This document shows, piece by piece, positions 25,358 through 37,865 of a DNA stretch of 64,000 bases; position 1 is the first letter of the stretch, and every line of letters begins with the position of its first letter. The DNA comes from Camelus ferus (lineage: Eukaryota). The DNA is taken from contig NC_045696.1 of the NCBI RefSeq assembly GCF_009834535.1, forward strand, positions 15,564,001-15,628,000, in the 5' to 3' direction. Under the pieces are notes generated by a model. That model did no database searches and was not told where the DNA came from. It was given only the letters and a program-made list of their open reading frames with translations. The position numbers were made by a program, and so were the translations under genes.

Positions 25358-27655
25358 GTAAGAAGCCGATGAATGAAGTAGAAGATAACTGAAAATCTTC
25401 AGAACAGAGGTTAAAACTTGACTGGCAAGGGAAACAGTTGAAGAGTTCTTGGTTTGAAGAGTATCTGAATCCTGTGCACGTTAGTCAGTAGGTTAACTGA
25501 ATGAGACATCTGAAGCCAAAGGAACAGAATTGGTTTTCAATATCATGAAAAAACATGCTCCATAACTTGACAAGGCAAATGTGAATTCACTTTCAATCCG
25601 GGCATGGGCATAAATAAGACCTCCCTCGACCAGCTATTTAATTTCATATCGCCTCCAGCTTTAACTATGAAGCTTGCCTTTAAAGACAGTTATCCCTAAA
25701 GGCTGGGTAGTGTTTCTTGGGTGCCTTTAATAGATACTAATGTCTAAAAATTATCTTTGGCTCTGTTTTGTTGAGGCATTATCAGATTAAAAGAAATCCA
25801 AACGATGACTCTTTCATTTGGTACCAAGGAAGTTGTATAGTGGGAATGCACTGACGTCCACCCTTCAGTAATTTCTAATGTTGCTTTGAAGATGAAGTGT
25901 TTGCATTCTTATGAAATTATTCTGCCAAAATTTCAACTAAATGAAAAGAATAGTAACATTCCCTCATTTGTTACTGTGAAGCAGACCAAAACATGTATTA
26001 TATTAATAGATCATGTTTAAATTACTTTAAATGGGAAGAAAGTTGCTGATCATTATCAATAAAAGCAATCATAAAAATACACTGTAAGAACTAAAAAACA
26101 GAGCCTGATAAATATCACTGCTGCAAATCAAAATGAATAAAACAATTTCAATTTTTCACAGAAGATACATTTGCTGTATATTTTCTAAATCTGGGAAAAG
26201 CTATTAAGTTCACAGAATCTCGTAAATTTTACAAGAAGCACTCTTGGCACTAAATTAATTAAGAAAAATAAATACTAAACTTCCTGGATTCACCCAAATG
26301 CATTTTCTTATAATTGAATTATTTCACGTAGATTAATTCTACTTAACTTCGTTAATCTCAACAACTCATTCTGACCCAGCACATTAAACATATACTTTCC
26401 CCCAACAGATATAAGAGATGAATTAGCACACATTGATAAGTGCATTGGTGAGTCTGTTAGGGGGTACATTTCAAAAGAATGGAGCAGAAATCTTAAATTA
26501 TGATGGCCTCCAGATACATATAATCTACATTTTAGTAGATGATTATTCCCCCCTGGGTCCGTATCATATGAACTACATAAAATTCAACTGACTTTGTTGT
26601 TGTTGTTTATTTTACTTATTGCTTTTCTAGTAAATTGTCTTATTTATTAGATACCCTTTCCCCCTGCAATCAAACTGCACGCTGCTTTGGTGTTAGATCT
26701 GTGACCTGTTATCTTAGCCAGTTAGTGATGTGTGCTGGTGGCAGTGCCAATGCCAAGAATTTCTTCCTTCAAAATCAAGTCACCAGGAAGAAACTCCTCA
26801 CCGAGACAGCTGAGGAGCCATCAGAGCAGAACTAGAAATATGTGTACCGTCTGCCCTCTTCTTGTCAAGGCAGAACCAGTCAGGTGAACCCAGTACAGGT
26901 AGTATTGGATGGCGAGGTAGCACTTAAGACAAACTTCAAAGTAAACCTCAAGCTACTGCTACCCCAGGTCCTCTGTCTCATCAGCCCATTCAGTTTAGGC
27001 TCTCATTTATGATGGAAATGAATGGAAATGGTCAGGTCAAGGATGGTTAGAATTTAACAGATGCTTAAATTGGTATACAGTGTTCCTTGTTTTGGGGTCA
27101 GTATTTCATTTTCCACCTCAGAGTGTTACTCTTTTTCATTACAGGGCAATAACGTACAAGAATTAAGAAAGACAAATATTTTTATGTCATCTTGGGGAAT
27201 CTTAAAAAGCAGAGATTTAAATTTTCCACAGAAAGCAATGCACATATACAAAATAAGAAAATTATGCACATTTAGGGAAAGAAGTATGCCATTGTACAGC
27301 TCTTCTGTAGAACATGAAAAGGAGATCTGCTGTGTATTTAAGACTTGGTAATGCATTACATATTAGAGATTATTCTCCAAGAAACAAATCCAGAAATACT
27401 ACTATATGACTTTGTAACCGCAGAATGCTGTACCCCAAAATTTTTGTGCATTAGCCCAGGATAAATACATAATTATAATTACATTATACAATTATAATCA
27501 CTCTCCTGATTCCCCACGAATGTGACTGAATTGTAAATGTAAGACAAATCACTCTTCAACTGAGAATGATGAAGTTCTCTTTTTGCTTTGCTCGTTTCAT
27601 AGTTAAGTACTGGAGAGGGTTCATAGTCTGAAAGTCTAATGTAGCCCAAGGTAAG

Positions 27656-27820
27656 TGTGATGATTAATCTTGTGTGCCAGTTTGCAGGGTGCCTTTGGAT
27701 GAGATTAACACTTAAGATGGTGAACTTGTATCTTATTGTCTCTGTTTATCTGAATATCCCTAACTAATACAGATTTGGTACTGAGGGATTAGAGAAGAAC
27801 AGAACATTAAGGAAGGAGAA
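27656..27820 (+). mobile_element. Internally deleted MLT2 (ERVL) LTR plus PBS-like start of the internal region
   Basis: 5' end tgtgatgattaatcttgtgtgccag...ggatgagattaaca is joined at about 27726 to the 3' end tcttattgtctctgttt...ccctaactaataca (27771), followed by gatttggtactgag. Confidence 0.7.
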
Positions 27821-28771
27821 TCTGACAATACAGTAAATATAAATAGATTCTTGAAGGCTTTAGTGAGCACCTTGCTAAATGATGGCCTTCAAAACATGGC
27901 AGGTCTGTAATGGACTCCATGTATGTTGCAGTAGTAGGTCTCAGGCTTAAGTTGAAAACGTAAATAGGAACTATTAAGCTGACGTTGCTCTGTGTAACAA
28001 GGAGCCTAATGTTAGAAGGTCTGCAGCGTTGAGTCCATTATTCTGAGCCCTTGGTCAGCAAAGATCACTGCCTTTCTCCCTGGGGAAGCATGAGGCCCCT
28101 TTACCACCTTTCCTGCTCCAATGTATCTTTCTAAAACTAACGAAAAGAGTGGGGCACAGCACAACAGTTCAGCCATTTTCTCCAAAAGCTTCTTAAAGCC
28201 TGGAAAGCCCATATGTGACCCCTATTTTATTTCTCATCTTAAATTACCCCAGTTCTTCTGTCCATTCTTGCTCACCAAGAATAGCCCAAATTATCCAAAT
28301 GATAAAAGTCCAGCAATATTAAAATGCTCACAATCTAAAGTTGAATTGCTTGTTGTTACTACATCCACACACAAAAAATTAAAGTCCCATTAATAAATTC
28401 TCCTTTTTCTTTTAAAAATTTGATGACTTGTGATTCTGGGTAAGTGACAGTGTCGGCAGAGGCATTGTTTTTGGACCTCCGTGAAGCCCCACGTGAAACC
28501 AGAGCAGCTAGACTGCAAAACAAAAACCCCAGGTACAATCCTTTCAACAAAAGTGTCAAGGGAACCCCAAAAGCCAAGCAAGTTAAAGCAAACCTTTAAC
28601 AGGAACAAGAGTTCAGGGTTTCAGCATTGTGTAGAAAGAAAAGGAAAGAAAAGAAGGAAAGATTTGTGTCTACCTTAACTGAGAAGAGAAAAATTTGAAA
28701 ATAGCAGGAATTAATAGGGAAGCAAGGAGGGTCAATTTGAAAATAGAAGCTAAAGTTCAGAAGGGGTTTTT

Positions 28772-29498
28772 GTTTTGTTTTGTTTTGCTTAGCTTTGTTC
28801 TTTTAATCTTCTTTTTTATTGAAGTATAGTTGCTGTATAATGTTATGTAAGTTACAAGTGTATGATATAGTGATTCACAATTTTAAAGGTTATACTCCAT
28901 TTATAAGTTATTATAAAATATTGGCTATATTCTCCATGTTGTATAATATATCCTTGTAGCTTATTTTATACCTAATAGTTTGTACCTTACTCTCCTACCT
29001 CTATATTTCCCCTCTCCTTAACCCTCTCTCACCTGTCACATCTATCAGATGGCTATCATCAAAAAGAACACAAATAACCAATGTTGGTAAGAACGTGGCG
29101 AAAAGGGAACTCTCGTATTGCTGTTGGTGGGAATGTAAATTGGTGCAGCCACTGTACAACACAATATGGAGGTTTCTCATAAATCTAAAAATAGAACTAC
29201 CATATGACCCAGCAATTCTACTCCTGGGTATATATCAAAAACAAACAAACAAACAAAAAAACCAAAACAAAACCAGAAACACTAATTCAAAAAGACGTAT
29301 GCACTCCAACATCCATAGTAACATTATTTACAATAACCAAGATAAGGAAAGAACATCAGTGTCCATCAACAAATGGATGGATAAACAAGATGTAATATAT
29401 ATAGGCAATGGAATATTACTCAGCCATGAAAAGAATGAAATTTTGCCATTTGCAGCAACATGGATGGATCTGGAGGATATTATGCTAAGTGAAATAAG
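28772..29498 (-). mobile_element. L1 insertion with inverted 5' segment
   Basis: Minus-strand 3' end at about 28810-29035 abuts a plus-strand ORF2 C-terminus ([11 protein letters not shown]...[15 protein letters not shown]...FAATWMDLEDIMLSEISQ, ORF 29095-29526). TSD tcagaaggg[g/a]ttttt at 28757-28771 / 29499-29513. Confidence 0.9.
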
Positions 29499-29749
29499 TC
29501 AGAAGGGATTTTTCAAAACTCAGTAGTGATAAGCAAGCGTGCTGGGATCCGTTATAAAAAGATGAAAGAGCTGAAGTGATCTGGCCTCCAAGAACTGTTG
29601 AAATGCACCAACTTAGGGCTCCTTTTCCAGACAAGGTCCTCCACTGAAGGAGGGAGTGGAATAAAAATTAAGTATCAGCCTGAGGATGGACAAGGAGTCA
29701 GAAAGTCCAGATAAAAGCAAGAGGGGGCCAGAAACAAGAGTTCATAGAA

Positions 29750-30330
29750 AGCAAGTGGCTATATAAGGAAGTTAGAAAAGCAATCTTAAACTCCACCTCA
29801 AGTAAAAGGTTTAGAAAAAAATAATATTACACAAGAATAAGTAACAAAGTTATCAAAGCCAAATCTTATACAAAGATATTTTGAGAAAAAGGAAAAGAAA
29901 CTGTAACATTCTTACACATAAGGCATATTTATGAGACACATTTAAGAAACCATAACTGATCAAAACCATAACTCACTCATTCACAATAAACTAGAAAATT
30001 GAAGAAAATGATTCAAGTATGAGAGACAACGTACATCAGACAGAACTCAGGAAATTTTTAGAAATACAGGAAAAAAACTTCTTAGAACTTAAGACACAGT
30101 TTGAAAAACTTTGAGTAAACGTAAGAATAAACAAATGAAACTGTTACTGACTTAAGAGAAAGAGGCGATAAAGAAAATTTTAAAATAAAAAATAAATGAA
30201 GAAATAAATGAAAAAAAGGATTTGAAAGAAAGTGACAATGAAAGTAGACAAAGCAGATTAAAGCATGGATAACATCAGACTCTGAAGGAGAACAAAACAA
30301 GAAAATAAAGCGAACACTAATAGATTCAAT
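29750..30330 (+). mobile_element. Old L1M 5'/ORF1-like remnant
   Basis: Very A-rich plus strand with ORF1-like composition; heavily decayed. Confidence 0.45.
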
Positions 30331-30399
30331 CTAGAGAGATATGGTTTTATAGACACAGAAATGGTGAAAACACTAGAGTTTATCTTTATATTTTATGTT

Positions 30400-31692
30400 C
30401 TAACTATTAATGAATAGCATTAGTTTGACATCACCTCCAGCATATTTGTTAAATTCTCCTATTGATCGGATAAATTTTTGTCAATCCACTTGGGCATTCT
30501 CCATCAACAGCCATGAAAGTGCTAATACTAGCAACTTCATGCTTTCTTTATCAATTCTTATGACTTCTTTTTTAAACACATAACGTTACATTGGTTTCAG
30601 GTATACAACATAGTGATTCAATATTTGTATATACTGTGAAATGATCACCACAATAAATCTAGCAATATCCATTTGAAAATCAAATTATGTATTTAACATA
30701 TTAACAGCTTAAAGAGGTAAAAAAAGAAAAGTAGGTGATCATGTCCCAGAAAAAAAAGGATTTAATAGATTTAACATTCATATATACTAAAAGTACATAA
30801 TAAACTTGGGGTAGAAAGTCTCATGACCTTTTTATACATTTTTTACACTTACGCATTTTTCCAGGTATACTCACTGGCTTTATTACAGTTTTAAATAGAT
30901 GAGACTGTAGTGGATTTCCTTGCTTTGTTCCCAGTTTAAAAGGAATGCTTTTAATGTTTCATAATTAATGTTTGAAATCATTTTAGATTCTCTTTAAAAA
31001 GTTAAAAAAAAATTCTTTTCTGGCAGCTCCATAAAGTCGGTCGAGGAGATTTCCTTACTTTTCTGTGCCCTTAGAGATTTTGCGTGAGTATAATTGTTCC
31101 TTAAATGTTTTGTAGAAGCAGCCTAAACACAGTCTGCACAGTCATTTTGTTTGTGGGAAAGTTTGCAAATGCAAATTCAGCTTTTAAAAGTAATTTTAGA
31201 AATACTTAGATCTTTTATTTCTTCCTGAGATTTTTTTTAACATCACACGCTTACACACAAGCACATACATACACACACAGACACACACACAGAGACATGA
31301 TACATATATTTAAGACATATGCACGTACATACGTACATTCACAAGTAATTGTACATCTCATTTACCTTTTCAAATGTATAAGCATAAAGTTACTCACAAC
31401 AGTGTTTTATTATCATGTTAGTCTCTATTGAGTCTGTATTTATGTACACTACTTTGATTTCTCGTACTTTCTTTTTGCATATTCTCTATTATTTTCTTGA
31501 CTTATCTTGCCAAATAACATACTGCCAATAAAATACTAATTTTATTGGTATTTTTTTAAAAAAATGACTTTATAGCCTTTGTACTTTATCACTTTTGTAC
31601 ATTAAGTTTTATGCTGATCTTGTTCCCATGTTTGCTCTTATCTCCTGCTTCTCCTCTCTTTGGGCTTAAGTCTTTTATTCCTTGTCTAACTC
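30400..31692 (-). mobile_element. Old L1M(E) ORF2 remnant with a nested insertion at 30571-30818
   Basis: Antisense ORF2 motifs ttccttgctttgttcccagtttaaaaggaatgcttttaatgttt and ttccttaaatgttttgtagaa. Confidence 0.65.
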
Positions 31693-31694
31693 AC

Positions 31695-31875
31695 TGATTC
31701 TCAAATGGAGGTAGTGTCACCTACCTAGAGACACAGAGAAATGTGTGGAGGCATTTTCTGTGTTCACAGTATCTCTAGAGAGCGGTTGGCATTTAGCGGA
31801 TGGCTATTTACCCAGCAACCTGTGGAACATTCCTGCTCAACAAAGAATTGTTCCTCCCTGAATATCGATAACAAT
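31695..31875. mobile_element. hAT DNA transposon relic (MER20B-like)
   Basis: gattctcaaatggagg...gaaatgtgtggaggcatttt...ggcatttag...caacaaagaattgttc. Confidence 0.6.
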
Positions 31876-32517
31876 AGCTTTGGATGGGTTTATCTTTTAA
31901 ACACTTGAAATTCAGAGTATTTATATACTTTTCAGTACATATTATTCTTTTTTGTTGTATTTTTCTAACTTGAAGTTACTAAATATGATGAAACTGTTGT
32001 TAAGCCAAAAAGGAGCTGCAGACTCACTAGGAAGAGGGTTTTATAGATAATATATGAAGATCGTAATGTGAAAAGACTGTGATGTTTGGGACTAATACAT
32101 TCTGGGATGGGTTCTCTGTCACATGCATATAATCGCTCATAAAACTGAGCTGTTAGATCAAATGACAAACACATACTTTGCGTATGAAATCCATTGGGGA
32201 AGCTTTTAAAGTAAATGGAGGAGATGCCTCTTCTGTTTGAATTTCCATGGTAAAGTACATTTAAGAAAACCATCTTCACTTCTTAACCTAATTTTTAGAT
32301 ATGCTATTATTCTATGAAAGCTGAAAAATTACTTAACATTTACCAGGTGTCTACAAGGTATTCCTGTATGTCTAAAATACTGTTTCTTCTAGGAAATCGT
32401 TTTCCTGCAATTAGAATGACTCTCCTTTATTTTTTTCGTCTATGGTTTGATTTCACCTTAACATTGTGAAAATCAAATATTCCACTGAACCATTTATACT
32501 TGAATTCACACTGTTTC

Positions 32518-32690
32518 TTTTTTTTTAATTGAAGTACAGTCAACTTACAATGCGTTGATTTCTGGTGTACAGTGTAATGTTTCAGATGCATACACGTACA
32601 TACATTCATTTTCATATTCTTTTTTATTATAGGTTACCACAAGTCATTGAGTACAGTTCCCTGTGCTATACAGAAGAAACTTGTTCATTT
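32518..32690 (-). mobile_element. Lineage L1 3' end fragment
   Basis: Poly-T plus aattgaagtacagtcaacttacaatg...ttccctgtgctatacagaagaaac. Confidence 0.85.
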
Positions 32691-35569
32691 ATCAACCTTT
32701 TTCTTTTACTCAAAATAATACAGTTGTGGACAAAGAACCCTGTGCTTGCAAGATATTTTACAGATTCGAAAGTGCTGTCATGCAAAAAATTTTCACTGTT
32801 TCTCAAAATAATCCTGTGGAATGTGTATGTTAAGTGAACATCCCTGTCTTTAAGATGTAAAAACTGAAGCCCTGAATCTCAGCAACTCCTAGGAACCATA
32901 CTGCAAGGCTTGGAAGTCCAGTAGGGGATTTTGACCTGAACCTGGGCCCCCAGCCTTCCCGCACTGAAGGCTAGGCTTGACCTATGAGGCTGGACAGTTT
33001 TCTGCCATGTTTTCTAAGCCAATTTTTGTGACTCATAGCCTGTTACATGATTTTTGTCTACAGAACAGAATTCTAGAAGTTGGAACCAACCTAGAAAAAT
33101 CTAGACATTGTATAATATATATGATATATATCATGTGTATATTAAAGTACACGTGTGTGTGTATGAACGTGAGTGTGTATGTGTGTTACCGCTGTAAGCT
33201 AGCATTTATTAAAATGAGAACTGTCTAAGTTTTACAAAAGCAAGTTCTGATAATGAGGAAAATTTCAAAATGTTGAATGTTTAAATATGACTAAATACTA
33301 GGAACACTTAACTATTTTGGCTTTCTCCAATTAGGAAACATCCTAAATCCAAATTATAACTTTTGATACCTTCATATTCTAGTAAGTGCTAGGAAGATTT
33401 ACAAAAAGGAGGGACAGCCATGAGGACACATTATTCACGGTTACATCACTAAAATCTTCCATCCGAGTTGGTTTGAGAAGTCAAAGAAAGTTTGTAATTC
33501 ACCAGAATGTCTCCAGAATTATTTTAAGTGCTGAAATGGAATGGCTGCCCTTTCCATTGTATGAAATGACTTTGCTTTTTTCTTTATCCCATGAAACGGA
33601 TGATTTTTTTAGTTATATTCATATGATGGCTTTTAGGATTCTGGAATACTAGGTCTGGTCAACGGATCATCCAGTCTGTGAGTTTAAGCCCGAACTGGTT
33701 AGACGTGAGGCGTGAGCGTGCAGAAGAATCTGCAGACTGAGAGAAAAGGGCAGAGGCGTGGCCTGCCGGCGTCAGCCGTGGTGAGGGGATGTTCGATGCC
33801 ACGTGAAAAGCTACTTCGTGGCCATTGGGAGGGAAGTATCCATGTTCTTTGCCTTGTTGGCTGAACACTGAATTCACCTCATTGCAAACATTCTTAACAG
33901 ACTCTTTAGGGTCAGAAATGGATTAAAAATCTTATCTTCACCAACTATATAGCTTTGTGGGCTGTCTGCAACTCTGTTGACTCAGAAACACTTGCACTTG
34001 AGCAGTGCTGCCCCCCAGTGGCTGCAGAGTGCGTTTCCTCCAAGGGCCGGGATCGTGGAAAGCGTACCTTCTCTAGAGGGCTCTTTCTGGCTGAAAGTTA
34101 CTGCCATGTGTCTTGCTGTGTATCTGGTTGAGGCATGTTGCTTTTATTTTGTGGTCGTGGTTGTGATAGACATTTTTTTTTTCAATCGAGCCTGAATGAA
34201 TCTTTTGTCTCTTTTCTGCTAGATAGTGTAATAGGTAAAATATGTATTTGTTGATTTAAAAAAAATAATTAGATGAGGTAATGAGACTCATTAAATTTCT
34301 ACTTATCAAGGCATGAAGTGTAACCACAGAGATAATTCACCCTTATTCTGTCCCACGAGGTTAATTCAGGTCACCTCGCTGGCTGGGATCATTAGCGGTA
34401 AAAGGTAGGCAGAGTGATTTGGTACATTCCAAACCGCCCACCTCCACCCCTCCTCCCTCCCCACCCACCCACCTTCTGCCGGAGGTGGTAAGAGAGCATC
34501 ACCCCGGGGGTTTGCTGTTATCAGCACAGCCTGTAGGTCTCATTCTACTTCCTGGCCCCTAATGGAAACCATCAAGTCATATTTACGGGTTCTTGCAGAA
34601 GAACCACTTTTTCTTACCATTTTTCCATTGCTGGTCAGACTAATAAATAGGGATGGCGGGGTGAGAGAGATGAACTGTAAAGGTATGTGTGTGATGCCGT
34701 GAGAGTAGGTGGGTATGAACACATGTGTAGGGGGACCAAGACAGAACACGCTTAGGAAAACAATTGTCAGAGGAGAACTGTGAACGTGATTTATAACTTT
34801 TCAGAATAAATTGTATGTAATTAATTGCCATCTGAAGCTATTTACACAGTAAATGAATAAATAAATAAGCCTGTTCGTTTCTTTCTTTTTTTTTTTTTTT
34901 CTTGCTGTCTGGATACTGGGGCTGGGTTGGGTTTTTTTGTTTTTTTCTCTATCATGTATAGATAATGTCAATGCCTTCGGAAACCATGTCTAAAAATATA
35001 CCTAAAGAGCAAGTTTTGGTTTCCTAAAGCATCAGACAAATCAGAGTGAGGTGTTATATATGAATAAGCCTTCATTTGTATATTACATTGAAAGTAACAG
35101 AATCCTGTTTCCAGGGCATCAACAGTGTATGTGTATGTGTGTGTGCGTGTGCGTGTGTACATGCACGTGTGTGTGTGTGTGTTTAAAACTGATTCCCCCT
35201 TTAAATTTTCATAGCTGTTTCTTTTCACTTAATCAGTCTGGCAGCCTGATAAGAGGACAAATAAACAGAGTCACAAATGATTTCTGGAAAGTCACAGACG
35301 GGGGATCATTAAAAAACTTTTCAAAGAGCTATCCAACTTAATAGCAGCAATAATAAAAACCAAAAAGTACAGGTACAATTCTTTGACTCTGAAAACTTTC
35401 CAACTGGTAAACCCTGGACCCCGAACACTTCCTGAACACTGGAGATGAATTTTCACACTGACCTATTACAAAGGTCCGGGTGGCCTTTCTTCCAGCTGCC
35501 CCCGAGGACATCATGTGAGGAGACGCCATCTCCTATCTTTTATCTTTATCAAAGGCCTGGGCCCTGGGT

Positions 35570-35716
35570 GCAGAATTGGCTACAATATTTGTAGGCTTGA
35601 CTCCAAAATGGAAATGAGAGGCCCTATAGTGAAAAATGATTAAGAAGTTCAAGACGACAAACTTCGGCCTTTGTTAGGGTGGGGCCCTGTGTGACTCAAC
35701 CATGAAACCAGCCTCG
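35570..35716. mobile_element. hAT-Tip100 relic (MER45A-like)
   Basis: ggctacaatatttgt...aaaatggaaatgagaggccct...aaaatgattaagaagttcaagacg...ggggccctgtgtgact. Similar to 57118-57290. Confidence 0.6.
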
Positions 35717-37373
35717 CCTGGATAGTTTTACTCTTTTTCTGCTGGATTATGTTCACGGTAGCTCCTGACTCCTCTCGCAGTCACTGGTGACAGCCCACAC
35801 CTCTTATGTGCTAGTAGCCTTTCAACACTACTCTGCCTCATCTCCTCTAATAGGATTCAGTTCAGTCTCCAACTGACACTTGCTCATGGGTAGCTCTAGA
35901 TCGATGTCCACAGCGAATCTCATTGGCATCCCAACATCTACCCTAGGTCAAGTTCGAACGGGCCAGCCCACCAGCACTGTCTCTCCTCCACCCTCTCCCA
36001 CAGGAACAAGATGAAAATAGGCATTTGTTAACATGTTTGCCATATCTGTCAATCAATTTCCAGCCACATGCAAATCATGAAGGAAGCAGAAGAGGTTAGA
36101 TTAGAGTGAAAAAACAAAAAAACAAAAAAGCTGCAGCTTGCTTTGGCTGTCTGAATTTGCCTGAACCCTATCTTAAGTGGAAAAGTCAATTCAATCATCT
36201 CAATTTGAAAAACAGCTTAGAGTTATCAAGTAGGTACAGTTTGAATGTTTCTTTCCAATGATCAGAAATGAAAATGGTATTTACCACGTACTTAGTGTAA
36301 GCTAGACACTGACATTCTATCTTCTTGTGTCCCTAACAGTCCTGCTAGGTAAGCTTTCATATTTTTCATCAGCCTGAAGAGCAGAACACCAAGTTGATGG
36401 ATAACTCACACTGTTGGCAACAAAACTAAATTTCTTGGACAGCCCCTAAGGGAAAGTGTTGGATGAATGGCTAGAGTCTCTTTCTAAGCCCCCTCCCTCC
36501 TCAGTGATGGGAATTTGGCTACCACTCCCAGGGCCACCAAATTTGCTTTTCCTTCTGCCATTGTCAACACCTTCTGTTCTTGCTCTCTTGACCTCCACGT
36601 CCCAGCTCTGGTGCCCTGAGATGGGCAACCTCACAGCATCGTCTGGTCTCCTCTGGAACCACATTGCCAGGGGTAGACCCCTTTGTTTGTGAGGCTCAGC
36701 AGGAAGCAAATTCCATGATTCTTAAGGGCTGGAAATATCTTGCGGGATTCATTCTCCTTACCCTACAACTCAAATTCCTCTATGCTCTGAGAATCTCTAT
36801 ATTCTGAAGCCTGGGGGGTACTGTCTGCGCTACCCTTTCCATTAGAAAGAGGAGAGGAGGGGTTATCTTTTCTTGTCCCTCCTCAGCTTTCCAGGGTGGG
36901 GAGGCGATTCACTCCATATTCCCACTGGATTGCTCTTATCTTCAATTCTCAATTCCTGCTTTCCCATAGGTAGTCACCAAATCACCTCACTGGGGCTGCA
37001 GATTTGGTTTTCTCTTTCGGAGACCCCTTCGCCATGCAGCCAGGTGCTCAAGGTGATACAGATGTTAAGCCAAGGACCTAAAATATAAGTTTGTGGCTGT
37101 GTCCGATGTCCAGGCTCTTCGATTGCTCCACATTGCTTTTCACTTAAGAGCACAGAGGATGTGTTTAGAATTTTAGGTGACCCCTGAGATCCCTGCAGTC
37201 TGGTGTTCACACCCTGGTACAAGCCCCTCCTCCAGAGTGCAGGTGGAATCTGGGACTTGCTTCCAGTCAATAGAGTGTGGCACAGGTGATGGGATGTCAC
37301 TCTCTTGGTTACCATATGTTATATAAGACTTCATCCTGGTCGATGCCTGGCTTGCCTGGCTTTGGAGTCTCTC

Positions 37374-37413
37374 TCTATTAGTCAGGCTTTTCCAGAGAAA
37401 AACAACAAATAGG

Positions 37414-37462
<49 letters not shown>

Positions 37463-37530
37463 GTATGGTTAGATAGATAGATAGATGGATGGATGGATGG
37501 ATGGATGGATGGATAGACAGACAGACAGAC

Positions 37531-37563
<33 letters not shown>

Positions 37564-37865
37564 TAAATTTATTATAAAGAATTGGCTCATGCAGTTCTCA
37601 AGGCTGGCCAGGACAAATCTGCAGAGTGGGCTGGAAGGCTGGATACTCAGGAGAGCCCATGGTGGAGATGAAGTTAGAAAGCGGTCTGCTAGGGACTCCC
37701 TCTTGTTTGGGGAGGCCCGTCCCCTTGAGAAGAAAAGACTCCGTTTGATTAGAAGAGGCTCACTCACGTGATGGAAGGCCATCTGCTTTACCCAAAGATC
37801 ACTGATTTAAATACTAATTTAATCTAAAAACACCCTCCAGTTGAAATGTAAGATTAACCATCATA
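37374..37865 (-). mobile_element. MLT2 (ERVL) solo LTR
   Basis: tattagtcaggcttttccagagaaa...ataggat...tttattataaagaattggctcatgc...attaaccatcata. TSD-like ctctc/ctctt at 37369-37373 / 37866-37870. Confidence 0.85.
37416..37563. repeat. Compound microsatellite (GT)n-(GATA)n-(GATG)n-(GACA)n-(GATA)n-(GACA)n inside MLT2
   Basis: Read directly from the sequence. Confidence 0.95.

Noticed and set aside
29095..29526. 143-aa ORF as a host gene
   Set aside because: It is frameshifted L1 ORF2 C-terminus inside a TSD-bounded insertion.
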